Below, in pieces: positions 1 to 12,666 of a stretch of 64,000 bases of DNA. This DNA comes from Phoronis australis. Lineage: Eukaryota; Animalia; Phoronida. Where the stretch lies: NCBI GenBank assembly GCA_002633005.1, contig NMRA01000031.1, positions 1,551,428 to 1,615,427 on the forward strand, in the 5' to 3' direction. The notes below the pieces were generated by a model. That model was not told the origin of the DNA and made no database searches. It saw only the letters and a list, made by a program, of their open reading frames with translations. The position numbers and the translations under genes were made by a program. Within the stretch, counting starts at the first letter, position 1. Every line of letters begins with the position of its first letter.

Positions 1-779
1 TCTAACAGTACTACTATCTGCCAGTAATGGGATCTACCAGTTTTACTATCTGATAGTACTCTGATGTACTAGTACTACTAACTGCTAGTACTGTGATCTA
101 CCAGTGCTGCTATCTACTTGTAGTGCGATCTACCAGTACTGTTATCTTCTAGTAATGTGATCTACCGGTATTACTATCAGCTGGTACTCTGATCTTCCAA
201 TATTGCTATCAGCCAGTACTCTGATCTACCAGTATTACTATCAGCTAGTACTCTGATCTACCAGTATTACTATCAGTTAGTATTCTGATCTACAAATATA
301 ACTATCAGATGGTAATCTGATCTACCAGCATTACTATCAGCTAGTATTCTGATCTACCAGTATTACTATCAGCTGGTACTCTGATCTATCAGCATAACTA
401 TCAGCTAGTATTCTGATCTACCAGGCGTACGTTCAGTAGACGCTAGGACCTACGCTAGGACCTAGCTGAAATCTAGTCAACACCACGTGTTCTCATTTAA
501 AATACACGGCAATATCTCTTGTAATCTGGCGAAGTCTTGCTTTATAGCGAGGTCCTAGCGTTACTGAACGGGAGGCAGTATTACTATCAGCTGGTACTCT
601 GATCTACCAGCATTACTATCAGCTAGTATTCTGATCTACCAGTATTACTATCAGCCAGTACCCTGATCTACCAGTATTACTATCAGCCAGTACCCTGATC
701 TACCAGTATTACTATCAGCCAGTACCCTGATCTACCAGTATTACTATCAGCTGATACCCTGATCTACCAGCATTACTAT
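1..779. repeat. 32-bp minisatellite (CTAGTACTCTGATCTACCAGTATTACTATCAG)n, left part
   Basis: TCAG recurs at 241 and 273 (period 32); array runs off the left edge and is interrupted by insertions at 425-575 and 780-2589. Confidence 0.95.
425..575. mobile_element. ~150-bp MITE with CWG TSD, copy 1
   Basis: Inserted in satellite unit GATCTAC-CAG-TATTAC with CAG duplicated (422-424, 576-578); inner inverted repeat CGTTCAGTA(A/GA)CGCTAGGACCT; homologues at 48620 and 57883. Confidence 0.9.
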
Positions 780-2589
780 TAGCCTTGGTAGAAACTGTAA
801 ACTAAATATACAGCTTTGCGCCGATATGGGCAAAAACGTGGTAAGATAAAATCTGACACAAAGTTGGTGTCATTTAAAACTTCAGTCTTCTTTGAGTAAA
901 CTAAATTATTCAACGATGTTGGAAGAAAAGGGCATTCTCCCGTTAATCTGCTGCTAAAGTTGGTGACGGCTTTCGGCGCCATGAAATATTGCGTCACCTA
1001 TTGGCCCGTTTCTTTTTTCCTGTGATTTTTTAACCAACTGTTCTTCTTCCACGAGGTTTCGTAAATATTACAACAACTTATCGGATCTGGTTTCATTTAG
1101 TTACAAGTTTTTTCAATTTTGATACCGAAAAAACGAATTTCAGAAGAAATTTTGCGGCTCCCAAACTATCATCATCTCCCGAGAGATGGCGCGTGCGCGT
1201 GGCAAGAGGGTACTGTTTTCAAAACGACAACATAGCTGTTCTTTGTTAGAAAAGGCAGAGGATTACGCAAGAAAATGACATTTACTAGATTGGTTTTCAC
1301 TTAAAATGGAACTATATTTTATTCTGAAAATTTTTTGCATGGTTTTCTATGAGATGTAATGATTAATTTCACACATAAGTCAACAGCAAAAAGTAAACTA
1401 ATATTCTCTAACGAGCTTGGAACGCTAATTCTCGGGATGTGCTATTTGGTGGGGGTAAAGTCAGTGTCCTATGATAGCGTGCAGTCAAGTGGCGTTGTGA
1501 AATGTCGGGTCACCATGAATACCTGTTTGAGCTGAGGCAACACAAAGTGAGACCCAGTCATTGTCATTGTCAGACGAAAATTTGTCGGTGCTACCAGTCG
1601 GTATCAACAATTTATGTAGGTGTGACTGTGGACAGTGTGGCCCCCCAGCCAGTCAGCCAGCAAATACTCAGTTCTGTAAACTTGAAGGATTGGTTAGTTA
1701 CAGACAATAGCTGTAAGAAGACTATCGTACCACTGTGTGTTGGGCTCCGTTAGACCCCGAAATTTCACACAGCCCGTTGAATACCCGGGTATATTTAATT
1801 TAGTCTACACATGTATTCTCGTCACCTCGTCGTAAAGCTTACGTCAACATGTAGAGCTAACGGACCTGCGGGGTGCATGAAAATTCTGGTAGTCAACCGA
1901 GATTCACCTTGTTCGTTGAGGCTGCCGGTCTAAGTAGAAAACAATCAAATAAACGTCATTTTCTAGCATAATTCGCCGCCTTTTGTAACAAAAATGTGTC
2001 CTCCGATGTATTATAATGTTTTCAAAAACAGCACGCTCGTGACAAGACGTACGCGCCATTTCCTAAAATTTTGCGACGTCGACATGGCGAACCTTTTACA
2101 GCACTGTGTCAAACAGTAAAAAATTAGAACGACAGATACAATGATAAAATAAGATGTAAACTCTTCACAATGTGGCATAAGTAATGAATGTGAAAAGCAG
2201 GCGATACCCCACCAGGCTCGTCACTGACACATCAGCCAATCAGCGATAGCTGTTAGGATTTCAGTAATTTGACCATGAATACGAATCGGCTTTTGTTTGA
2301 CGCGCAAGTCGGGCAAATGTGAGTTTTATTTGTATGTTGAAAACAATTCACTGCAACATTATTTTGACTACAGTGCCCTTTTAAACAGCTGTAACGGGCA
2401 AGGTGATTGTCGTTTGATTCCCAGATTTTGCATGCACCCCGGCGTCCGGTGTTTAGCTCTACATGTTGATACAGGTTTCACGGCGAGGTGAAGAGCAGAA
2501 CTACTCTGGCTTTGTGCAATTTCGGGGTTTATAGAAGAAAAACGTACAGTGGTACCACTGTTTTTTTCATACAGCTAGCTGGCTGGCTA
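780..2589. mobile_element. Non-autonomous DNA transposon with TAGCC..GGCTA ends (Academ-like)
   Basis: Splits the 32-bp satellite; TAT on both sides (777-779, 2590-2592); internal and right-end segments recur at 54330-54415, 56240-56300, 56470 and 57556-57579. Confidence 0.7.
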
Positions 2590-2599
2590 TATTATTATC

Positions 2600-2890
2600 C
2601 CCTAGTACTCTGATCTACCAGTATTACTGTCAGCTAAACCTGTGATCTACCAGTATTACTATCGGATAGTACTATGATCTACCAGTACTACTATCTGCTA
2701 GTAATGTGATCTACCAGTATTACTATCTGCTAGTACTCTGGTCTGCCGTATTACTATCTACTTGTACTATGATCTACCAGTACTGCTATCTGCTAGTAAT
2801 GTGATCTCCCAGTATTACTACATGCTAGCACCGTACTCTGACTTATCAGTATTACCATCAGCTAGTACTATAATCTACCTCTACTGCTAT
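2600..2890. repeat. 32-bp minisatellite, right part (degenerating)
   Basis: Same unit resumes after the 780-2589 insertion. Confidence 0.9.
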
Positions 2891-3739
2891 CAACCACTAC
2901 TTTTACAACTGCTACTAGTTTCTACTATTGTTTCAACAGCTGATACATGATAGATTTTCCACTTCAACTTCTAGTACTTCTCAACGTTGTTTTTACTACT
3001 CCTGCCTTAGCTATTGGCTTCCACTCAACTACTGCTATTTCTGGTATGCAGTGGCTCTGGTGTGCGTGAACTTAGAATCCTGCGTAATCTCAAGATCGCG
3101 TATGCATGAATTTGGTGTTGAATATTCATCATGGACAGTCAGGTGAATTTCACTGTTTAGTGTATAGGTTATTGACCTCATGATCACCCATTTTTGCCTT
3201 TAGCGTACTAACTTGTGTCAAAGAATCGAATGAATATGTGAATGGTTAAATCAAGGTCGCCAATAGTTGAAAATTTACGTTATGTTATGGACATGTGACT
3301 TGATTTGGTGCAGTGCAAATTTTTATCAACGTGAACGTGTTTATAGATTATGTCAAGGTTCCTCATGTATTTCAAATTCACGCATACGCGATCTTGAGAT
3401 TAAGCAAGATTCCAAGTTCACTCGCAGCAGTTCTGCCACATGGGAAATGATTCCGCACAACTCGTTTTTTTAAGTTTTCAGCAGACCTCGTCTACCATTA
3501 AATCACTTGAATCTTTCAACCCTGGTCTACCCTGTCTACCCTGGTCAAGCGACAGAAGCTGTGATTTATAGTTTTTTTGCATCTTATTATAAAACTGGAT
3601 GATGCCCATCGTATTAACGAAAAGCGGGTTCATCATAGCCACTTTAGAAGGTAACCTCAAAACAGAGTAAGATGAAATCCACCTGGCTAGGTTTTGCAAC
3701 GCCATTAAATGCAGTTAATGTGAACAATTGATATTGCAG

Positions 3740-3816
3740 GTTAGCACTACACTGCTCAGAATGAACGCCTGTCAACCTACAAAAGATGTCACGGCTCCTC
3801 CTCCAGTCCGCTCAAA
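3740..3816 (+). CDS. Putative internal coding exon of an unidentified spliced gene (VSTTLLRMNACQPTKDVTAPPPVRSK)
   Basis: ttgcAG acceptor, GTaggc donor, open frame; phase-2 end matches the next exon. Confidence 0.45.
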
Positions 3817-6800
3817 GTAGGCTTTACGAAACAGACAATATATGCTAAAACAGAAGACACTATCGCACTGAATACATACGTCTGAGCACCCACTACTTAC
3901 GCATGGTGACTTTTTGATCAAGGAATAAGATGACATGTTAAATTGATACTGGTGACTTTAATGAACCATTTCCTGATATAAATCGATCTAAAGATATTCA
4001 CGTAGGCTACATAGTGGCACGGCGAAAACGAGGCTAAGCAAGGTGGCAGGCAAAACACAATTGCTACCACATAAGTGGCTCCGCAAAAAACCTGGTGAAT
4101 ACTGCTGTGTTTCTCTTCAGCAACACCATAATCCAAAATGATCTTGTATTTCACAACTTCACTTCAAACCACAAACGAAGAACAAAAATGAACACAGTGT
4201 CTTAAAGATACATATGCATGCTTCTAACAATGCTATTTGAACATCATCTACGCTAAACAAAGCGACGTTGTGTCCATTGACAACAAATGTGAAAACAAAA
4301 AATTGTGCAAATAATGTGACCTTTGCACGAATGGCTCACATTTGGGGCTCACATAGACCGGATCATGCGGTGTTATTCCCGACACCACGTCACGACACTT
4401 AATGAACACGGTTAAGTGATTTATGATGGATCATTTTTGACACAAAACTAATGCTTAAACAGCTTGGCAATTTTAAACATACACCATATTCATATCGTCA
4501 CTGTATGTTGTGTTTCTAATTTGACCAAGCTATCACAGAGATAAGGAATTAGAGCGCAAGTTCCACTTTAAGTAACGAGGTGGTGCGTGCACATAAAATA
4601 ACTCCTTCGACCACTGCTGCGAAATAAAGTCTTGAAGATTCTTTTTCATGCGTCAGTGCAGGGCTTTTAAGTCACCAGTAGACTGCTGATCTTGTCATAT
4701 TGAAAATGTTCATTCATTGAAAGATTTTAAAATATTAACCAATGCCATTAGACTACGTGCTAATTAATTTTACTTATGCCTCACAGAGCCTGCCGCAATA
4801 TGGGACCACACTATTTCTGAGACTTAGCGTTTATTATAAATCTCAAAACTACTACGACAAAGACCCGACGTTTATTAATATTGGCGAGTGTTCTGATACC
4901 CACGGCTTCTGTTTGAAAACTGCCTTCTGTCAGCCATTTTACGGTTCTTCGAGCGTTCCATTTAAATTCAGAACGAGCAACTTGACGTATCGGTAATATG
5001 TTATTCATAAATATCCAAATGCGTCACCAGTACCATTGAAACTTCCACCAGTTCACCGAGAGACCACGAAATAACAAAGGCTAAGACTTCACTTGCTGGT
5101 CATACAAACATGACGTCATATGGCGCCCATAAGCCATTTATTTAACTTGCGACATACATGCAAAGGCCGTAAGATTGTCGCATGGTGATCACCTACTGTA
5201 CGCTACCACTGTTTTCCCTTGTTGCGTCTTTGTTGGGTATGACAATGCAGGTCGCAGAGATATCGTGCATCAGCCGGTTCCCGATAAATGCTTTTCATTA
5301 GAGAACTTTCGTAAAGCGACGTGATTGCTAATTATCAGGCATATATAATTTCCGCGTCATACTGTCACTGTTGGCTGACGTAACCCCGTTAGTGGCTCTT
5401 AAAGTCCAGCTGAAGAAAAGCCTTTTTCCAAAATCCTTATTCTGTCGAGGTTCACTGCATATCATCGAACTGGAATGGATTTTAAGAGATATGATTTTGT
5501 GTTTATTGTCAATTTTTTACATTCTTAATTTGAATGCATCTATTTATTATAAATTGCAAATAAATTACTCGTCATAAGAGTTGACCATTTTCACAGGAGT
5601 TTGTACAAACAACTTTTTACAGTCAACATACATTCCCATCTTGTATACCTGTAGCAGAATGACATGCAGTAAAATACAGCATAATTAAACAAAACACATT
5701 TTATTCAACGTACTTGTATCGATAGTTATCAACTTTCTCAAAGAAAAACATGATGCATAGCTGAAAATACGAGAGCAAGATGTAACACTGGAAGAAGTTT
5801 GAAATAGAGAAGAAAGAAACGGAGTGGGGGCTAGCTGCAGAACACAACACGTTTAATCTCATCGAAAAATAAACCAAAAATTTGATGAAACTGGATTGAC
5901 TGATTTGTGTTAGATGTTGTGAGAATGAAAATAAAAGAAAATGCATTAGCAGAGCGATTTATAAGTGGTTTGTAATCTAGCGGATATGTACTATAATAAC
6001 TGGACACCCTGAGCTCAGTTATTCAGTTCACGTCTACTTTCACATGCACGTAAAAATTTAGCTGCTGCGAAATCCATTTTTCTTACCGTAACGTGAATCG
6101 GTACGCGAATTATATATTAGTGATAATTCACGTTCACGTCACTGTGCGAAACCTCTCTACTACTTTTACTATAAAATGTGAACAAAGAATGCACCAATCT
6201 ACGACCGATTTCTATGTTACCAGCTTGCGACCTCCTTTCCCATGGCCGACACGATGCTAGTTCAGTACGTCAATTACCAGCTTTTCTGTATAAAACCTTA
6301 AATGTTTTCTTGAACTGTTCGTTCCTGGGACAACTGAATCTCTTTTTGATGAACTCCTCAACACAGCAAAAACTTGAATCCGATCCACCCGTGACACAAA
6401 ACGCCTGTACCCGAGGTGGATACAGTCATTACATTACGAACCGTGCCAAACTTTGTCTTCGCATTCCGAAATATCAAAGAGGCTCTTTTTTAGAATTCTG
6501 TATAATTATTGGCGTCAGGTAATGAGATATGCCTATCGTAGTGGGGGACAGCAATTTACGTTATTGAATAAAGATGTAATGCAGTGTGATTTTCCATGTC
6601 GCCAATCTTTCCCTTCCGTGTGGTTGGAGATTCAAAGAAGTCACAAGTCAAATTCTTAGTAATCAAAAGGTCCGTGAATGAAAGAAATTTGTGTTTCCAA
6701 CGTAGTGCACTCGGTCAAACTTCCCACCCAATTGTATCAATCTGAAGACACTTTCATACTTTCACTAATGTAAAGAGTTTATATCTTTGGTGTTGACCAT

Positions 6801-6838
6801 AGTGCAATTGATATATTGATATCACTTTGTGTTTACAG

Positions 6839-6905
6839 GGGGCGCAAGGTGTCGGTGTCGTTCGTAGTGAATGATTCTTCGTCGGTGACAGTGACCGATG
6901 GCGAG
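6839..6905 (+). CDS. Putative internal coding exon (GRKVSVSFVVNDSSSVTVTDGE)
   Basis: tttacAG acceptor, GTtagt donor; phases compatible with both neighbours. Confidence 0.55.
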
Positions 6906-7160
6906 GTTAGTGTGTGGTGTTCAACTGTGGTACTTAGATTTGTACTAAGTCCTGTCAATGTTGCAAATGACATGTAGGGAAAGAAATCACTTCAGATGCT
7001 TCAATATAAAAGTTGTCATAGTCACTAGTGCGCTTACGAGACATTGATCTGACATAAACACTCCGCAATCATCAAGCAGCTAACACGCGGCAGCGTACAT
7101 GTAGGTTCAAGGAGTAGTCCACGATATACAGCTTACTTTAGATAATCCTTGATGTTCCAG

Positions 7161-7265
7161 GGGAATCCAGCCGTAGTGAAAATGTGCGAAGAGCTCGACA
7201 CTGAAACGAGCAATGTTCGACAATCAAAAGAAAGTACTACTCCTCCGTCAGACCCTCTGAAGTAC
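7161..7265 (+). CDS. Putative coding exon (GNPAVVKMCEELDTETSNVRQSKESTTPPSDPLKY)
   Basis: ttccAG acceptor, phase 0, GTaagt donor at 7266 (alternative GTacgt at 7262); overlaps ORF 7149-7331. Confidence 0.55.
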
Positions 7266-7559
7266 GTAAGTTTGTCGGCTGGTATGGACAAGCACCTTGT
7301 TTCGGAGACAAAGGCGGGGTTATCTGTTTAGTGAACACACAGCCAGAGCTGTATATGATAAATTGTCCGAGCTAACGCTCCGATGCATAACCTTTGGGGC
7401 CAATTATTGATGATTTAATTGAGTAAAAAGACATAAAATTGGCAACGAAAGAAACAATGGCATAGCGACTCATTTAAATACAAATTCGAAATTAAAGAAT
7501 TTGAAAATGTTTGTTTCATCTTGGCTCAACCTGTGATAAAACTTTTCCTCCTTTTAACA

Positions 7560-7975
7560 GTCTTATAAGTATTTGGAAGTTTCACTGTCATCTTTTCTTC
7601 AAACGATTTTTATGTGATTTACTGCCGTCATTACGATAATTTTTCACTAATAAGGCTCAGACCACACCGTTTTAAATGGCATACGCTGTGAAATGCAGAC
7701 TAAATTGCATCAGTCAAAGTTGTTCTCTGCCACTGAAACAGAAGCCAATCTTTTCACCAGGCAGTTTTAACGTTTCTTCGTAAAGATTTTGAATTTTCGG
7801 TGATGTCAAAGCATATTTCCTTTAGCTTCACATTTGTAAAGAAAAATTATCTACTCCTCGCATCTTGTTCAATTTTCTCCCACAAAGCAAAACACACCCT
7901 TTTTGGTATGGCAAAACATCGAAGTATCACATTCCATTTCTAAAGAAAATGTGACCTTTAACCTTTGATGTGTAC
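7560..7975 (+). repeat. Dispersed repeat, second copy at ~18215-18635
   Basis: Shared TAAAGATTTTGAATTT..TGATGTCAAAGCAT..ACATTCCATTT..GACCTTT..CCTTTGATGT blocks. Confidence 0.75.
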
Positions 7976-9343
7976 TACACAAAGGTTATTATACATAATA
8001 GAAATGTTAACGGGGTTATTCTTAGAGCGCATGTGTGAATAAATATCATTAAAGACAGAGAATTGAACACTGTATTGGGATTAAAGAGTTTACATCAAAA
8101 GTACTGAAACTCATGATTTTTTCAGATTTCTTGCTACTTCCTGTAAAGAACTAAGATAGCAGTTATAAGAAGTCTACTCAACACGAACTATTTTTACGAG
8201 TTTTCGCGTTCCATACCCCTTAAAGTACTCACGCACATGTAGCGAACGTTCTAGAAGCAGGATTGTCTGAGCAGAAGTAGGAAAAATGCAACTTTTAATC
8301 TGAACATTTCCAAATCATTGGTTACAATTTTAGAACTTGAGCTAATCAAATCTCGTCACAGAGGTAGCTACGCCCAAGCACACTGAGTAAATTGCAAATA
8401 TACATTTTTACCTGGCACAACTCGAGTTAGAGTAAATTCATTAATTAATAACTAAAAATCCTTCTTTCGCTTCGGGTAGCAATTGACAGAAACATAAATA
8501 AATTTGCAAGCTATTCTGTTACAATCTTTACTGAACGGAAATTCATAGTCGCCTGTTAAAAACAGTCCAACGAGCACGACCACTTTTCGCAAATTATACT
8601 CTGATTTTTCGTTTTAATCATTATAAGATTAATATCTGATACATCTTTAGGGGAAAGTTATCCTCGTTATGAAAAATTGGTACCGTTAGTTTCCGCAATT
8701 CACGTATTTGTTCTTGGGCCGACATTTCGAGTAAAATTTGAAATTGCCTACAATATGAAACTGGTATCCACAGATTTTCTGTGTATTGTTATACCAGAAA
8801 TCTCACTAATATTGAAGAAACTGACATGTCTATTTCCAATAACAACCGTGCAATCACTAATTTGGCCGGAATGACACTGGTGAATAGTTGGTTTTCCCAC
8901 ACCTCAAAACGCTTTAAACTAGGAAATATTTAATAACTTATTGATTAAGATGTGCAACAGACTTGCAACTGAGGAAAAAATATTTGACCCACATCGCAGT
9001 ATACACATTCCGTTTACAGGCCCCAATTTTCAAATAAAATCCTGGCATACATGTATGTCTGGGGTACAAGAAAATACAAATTATATCCATTTTTCGAATA
9101 TAAGCCCAGGAGGTCCCAATCGAATTTCGATACAGACCATTATGTAAAGCAATACAATATTAAAAGGATATGACACAACGTTATGTTCACAGAATACGCA
9201 AGCAGTCTATACTGATGCCCTTCGCAAAAACGGAAGCCACCTGGACGTCAATGTTTCAAAGCGTCGGCAAGGCAAGTTTCAAATTCCTGTCAACATCGCA
9301 ATGCATGGTTTTGATGTCACTGAATATATAAGTTCCAGCCAAT

Positions 9344-12300
9344 TAGTCAGGCTCATTATGTCTAAATTTTTAAATTCGTTGGAACTTTTTGGGGAAAGTG
9401 GAAACTATACATTTTTGGAAACCTGATGAAATAACGAATCAGAAAATAATTTGACTCCATTTTTGCAGACCATCTTGGCTGCCATCTTGGATATTCAAAA
9501 ATGGCGCCGGTAAAATAGATTTTGCCGATATTCCCGCCTTGGGTCGCTGAGAATGTTAGTTTGTATGGCTACACCTACATTTCTGAGGTTGTAAAAAAGA
9601 CCAGAAAGGCCGAGAGCACAAAGCAAGCTCGCCACAATTTCCTTAAATTGTTGACAATTACCGAAATACTGGAAACATTCAGAAAATGGGAGGCCAATGT
9701 CATGTCCAATTATCATAATTGAATCGAAACCATCCTGCTATCTTTGGCAGCATCTCGAAATGCTGATTTGACTTTGCATCTCCAGGGTGCTGGTGCAATG
9801 AGCAAGATCTTCTTAATGGCAAGACCTAAGAGCCAAGCACCCCTACAACTGGACTGAATTTGGAACAGGCAACTTATCAGTCACCAAAACTGAAATCCCT
9901 TTTCTGTACAGAATACACTTTTGACACAACACCTAAACAGGATGATGAAGATCAATTCTGGACTGACCCGTATTTCCAACAATGCCAAAGCCTGGCAAAG
10001 ATTCTTCTCCAGAACTGTCCTGTCTGTCCAGAGATTTCAAGCGTCAGTTCAGCATTGAAACAGGTATCAAGCAAGAGCACCCTGACCTATGGGATCAAAA
10101 GGGATCAAGATGCTATGGACAAGACTAAAAGTCCCATGGTAATCCAGCTACAGTGCAGGGGGATCAGCTGCACGGCGTAATCCCACATGCCTATGTCCCA
10201 CAAGAGCATGAGCCATAGATCTTGTATGCTGATGACACGGTCAGGCACTGTGCGAAGATTATGTCACTAAGAGACTCACCCTTTTGTGCACTCAATGAAA
10301 ACCAATCACTTGTTAACGCTCTCAATTCTTGTAATAATATCCCTACTAGAGTTACATTATTATTGAATGGTAGTCCTAACCTGGACCTCGTTCTAAAAAA
10401 TTCCTTGAATGACTTGTGTGGCAGGCTGCTGGTACTTGTCAAGACAAATAGACTATGAATTCACCCTAACACCAAAAATATTCTTTGGTGCCAGTGGGGC
10501 AATGCTGCCATGCACAGACAAGTCGAAGCTAATCCACCTTCTGCAGAATCTTTCAGAAGCAGACGTCTAAGAGCAGGACAGTCATGAAGCTCCAAGATAG
10601 CTTTTACGTCCAGAAAACATGTAAACGACATCCACTGAGTGTGTTCACCCAAGCCACAAATTGTACATGTTGATAGCATGGAAGTGGTGTTCTTAACTAG
10701 AGATTATGACTAGGTTGTTCTGGTTTTTGACACCACAAAGACAATTCTTTGAAGCAAGCCACAAGTCAAAAAGAAGGCAAAGAAAAGTCCAGTACAGTAT
10801 CAGGTAAGAGCTGAGACAAACATCCAGAATATCTCAATGTTCCGTCTCCTCTCTCATGATCAAAGACTTAACACGTGCCTGCAAAGTCAATGGAATACAA
10901 CAAAGACTCTGGCTAGATAGTAATCACTTCTGTTTCAGGATGTACAAGGAGCACCAGATGTCATCTACGCTTAGACAAAAACGATCAGAAAGAAGCAGAT
11001 ACATTGCTAATACGTCATGCAGTCCTGGCATCACATCTAAGCGTCCCTGATTTTCAGCTGATGTTTTTTCACATGGCACAGATGTGCTGGTACTCGTCAT
11101 TGCCTATTATGACAGGTTGCTCAGAAGTAGTACAGTATCCATGGCATCTTGGATTGTGCACGTGAATCCAAAATTTACAACATTAGGTGCTGCCCGGGCA
11201 AAGGCCCATCCGGCTTTCCATGCTTTTACAAGGGCACACTGGTCTATTCTATGCGTTTAATACGTTGAATATGTATTTGAAGGCGGACAGTGATGTTGTC
11301 AATGCACTGTTTACTCTTTATACTGTTTCTGATGCAACAGGTGAACCTCTGTTCACATTAGCTCCTTTTACATGTGTTGCATACTCACCACAGGGTACCT
11401 TTTCTGAAAACATTCAACTGACAGCGACAAACTTTCACCAACCATTGGTGCTTTGAAACAGCATGTGCTGAGGGTGTTTATTCAGGTCAGAGTGTGGGGC
11501 CAGGCAGCCATTGCTCGACAGGAGCTCCATGACCCATTGCACAATGAATTTGCATGGACAAAGATGACCTGATGGAACCCTTGCAACTGAGGAGCTTCCA
11601 GCGCCAGAGGCTATCATTGGGATGGTTAGGTGCCAGTACTGCCGATCGCAGACATATGTCAGTGTAGTGCAGAATGTTAGAACGGTAAGGACTCTTACGA
11701 CAATGAGATTCCTGGTGACAGTGACGTCGATAGCATTGATATGCTGATTCATTTCAAAGTTTTGAAAGACTATTGACAGTACAATAAACATACTCCCATG
11801 TTCTGCTACCGTAAATAAGATACTGGTTCGGTTTCATTGTGTTGAGGGAAACAAATCCGAACAAAATATGCAAGAAAACAAGATAGTGACCATATCTGTT
11901 GGAATAGATGAAGAGAGTGTTTGCAAAATGTGGCTGCTGATAAGTAGGATTTAATCACATTTAAGAAATTGTATTTTCATATTTCTTGACCACAAAAATG
12001 TTAGTGCAGTCGTTAAAACTAACATTCAAAGTAACCAAAGAGCAGAGATACTGAGCAAAATGTATTTTACGGGTGCCATTTTTGGAATTCTAAGATGGCC
12101 GCCAAGATGGCCTCCAATAAAATTAAAATTTACAATTTCTTGACCTCGGAAATGCAGATTTAGCCATAAAAACTAACATTCTAGGTGACCCAAGACCGGA
12201 GATATTGGGCAAAATCTATTTTACCGGCGCCATTTTTGAAAATCAAAGATGGCCGCTAAGATGGCCGCCAAAAATGGAATTAATTATTTTCTGATTTTTT

Positions 12301-12377
12301 GTTCCACGAGGTTTCCAAAATGCATAGTTTCTACTTTCCCCAAAAAATCGAACAAAACTACACGACAAACTTGACTA
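9344..12377 (+). mobile_element. Academ DNA transposon, internally deleted, with decayed transposase
   Basis: TAGTCA..TGACTA termini, ~250-bp imperfect TIRs (9344-9600 vs 12130-12377), AAT TSD (9341-43, 12378-80); broken frames with DVLVL, WGQA..DP and PAPEAIIGMVRC..C motifs typical of the Academ C-terminus. Confidence 0.85.
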
Positions 12378-12666
12378 AATCAGGTTTCTGAAAAATATTA
12401 ACGCTGTGGTCATTCACCATCTTGGCCCATCAACAGCTCGTTGCTAACGAAAGTCGAAATGTATTCTTCGATGACCATAGGCCACTTCCTGAAAATAAAC
12501 AAGGAAAAGTGGTTGTGCAATATTAAAACATATGTTAGACCACACAATCAGTTAAAAATATCCCCGAGATATAAGTCAGAACAAACACACCGAACTGAAT
12601 GCGATAAATCTACCTTCCTAACGTGTGCCACGTATTATATTTTCTTTGCTAACATATGAAGTGAAT

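Noticed and set aside
1-779. CRISPR-like regular repeats
   Set aside because: Head-to-tail units with no unique spacers, no cas genes, eukaryotic context
3482-3650. Possible additional upstream exon ending at GTAACC (3651)
   Set aside because: No open frame gives the phase needed to join the 3740 exon
4202-4571. Possible TTAA-flanked Kolobok MITE
   Set aside because: The two ends match too poorly and there is no second copy or empty site in the window
9860-11791. Cluster of 60-120-aa ORFs as independent genes
   Set aside because: They are broken or antisense frames of the decayed Academ transposase
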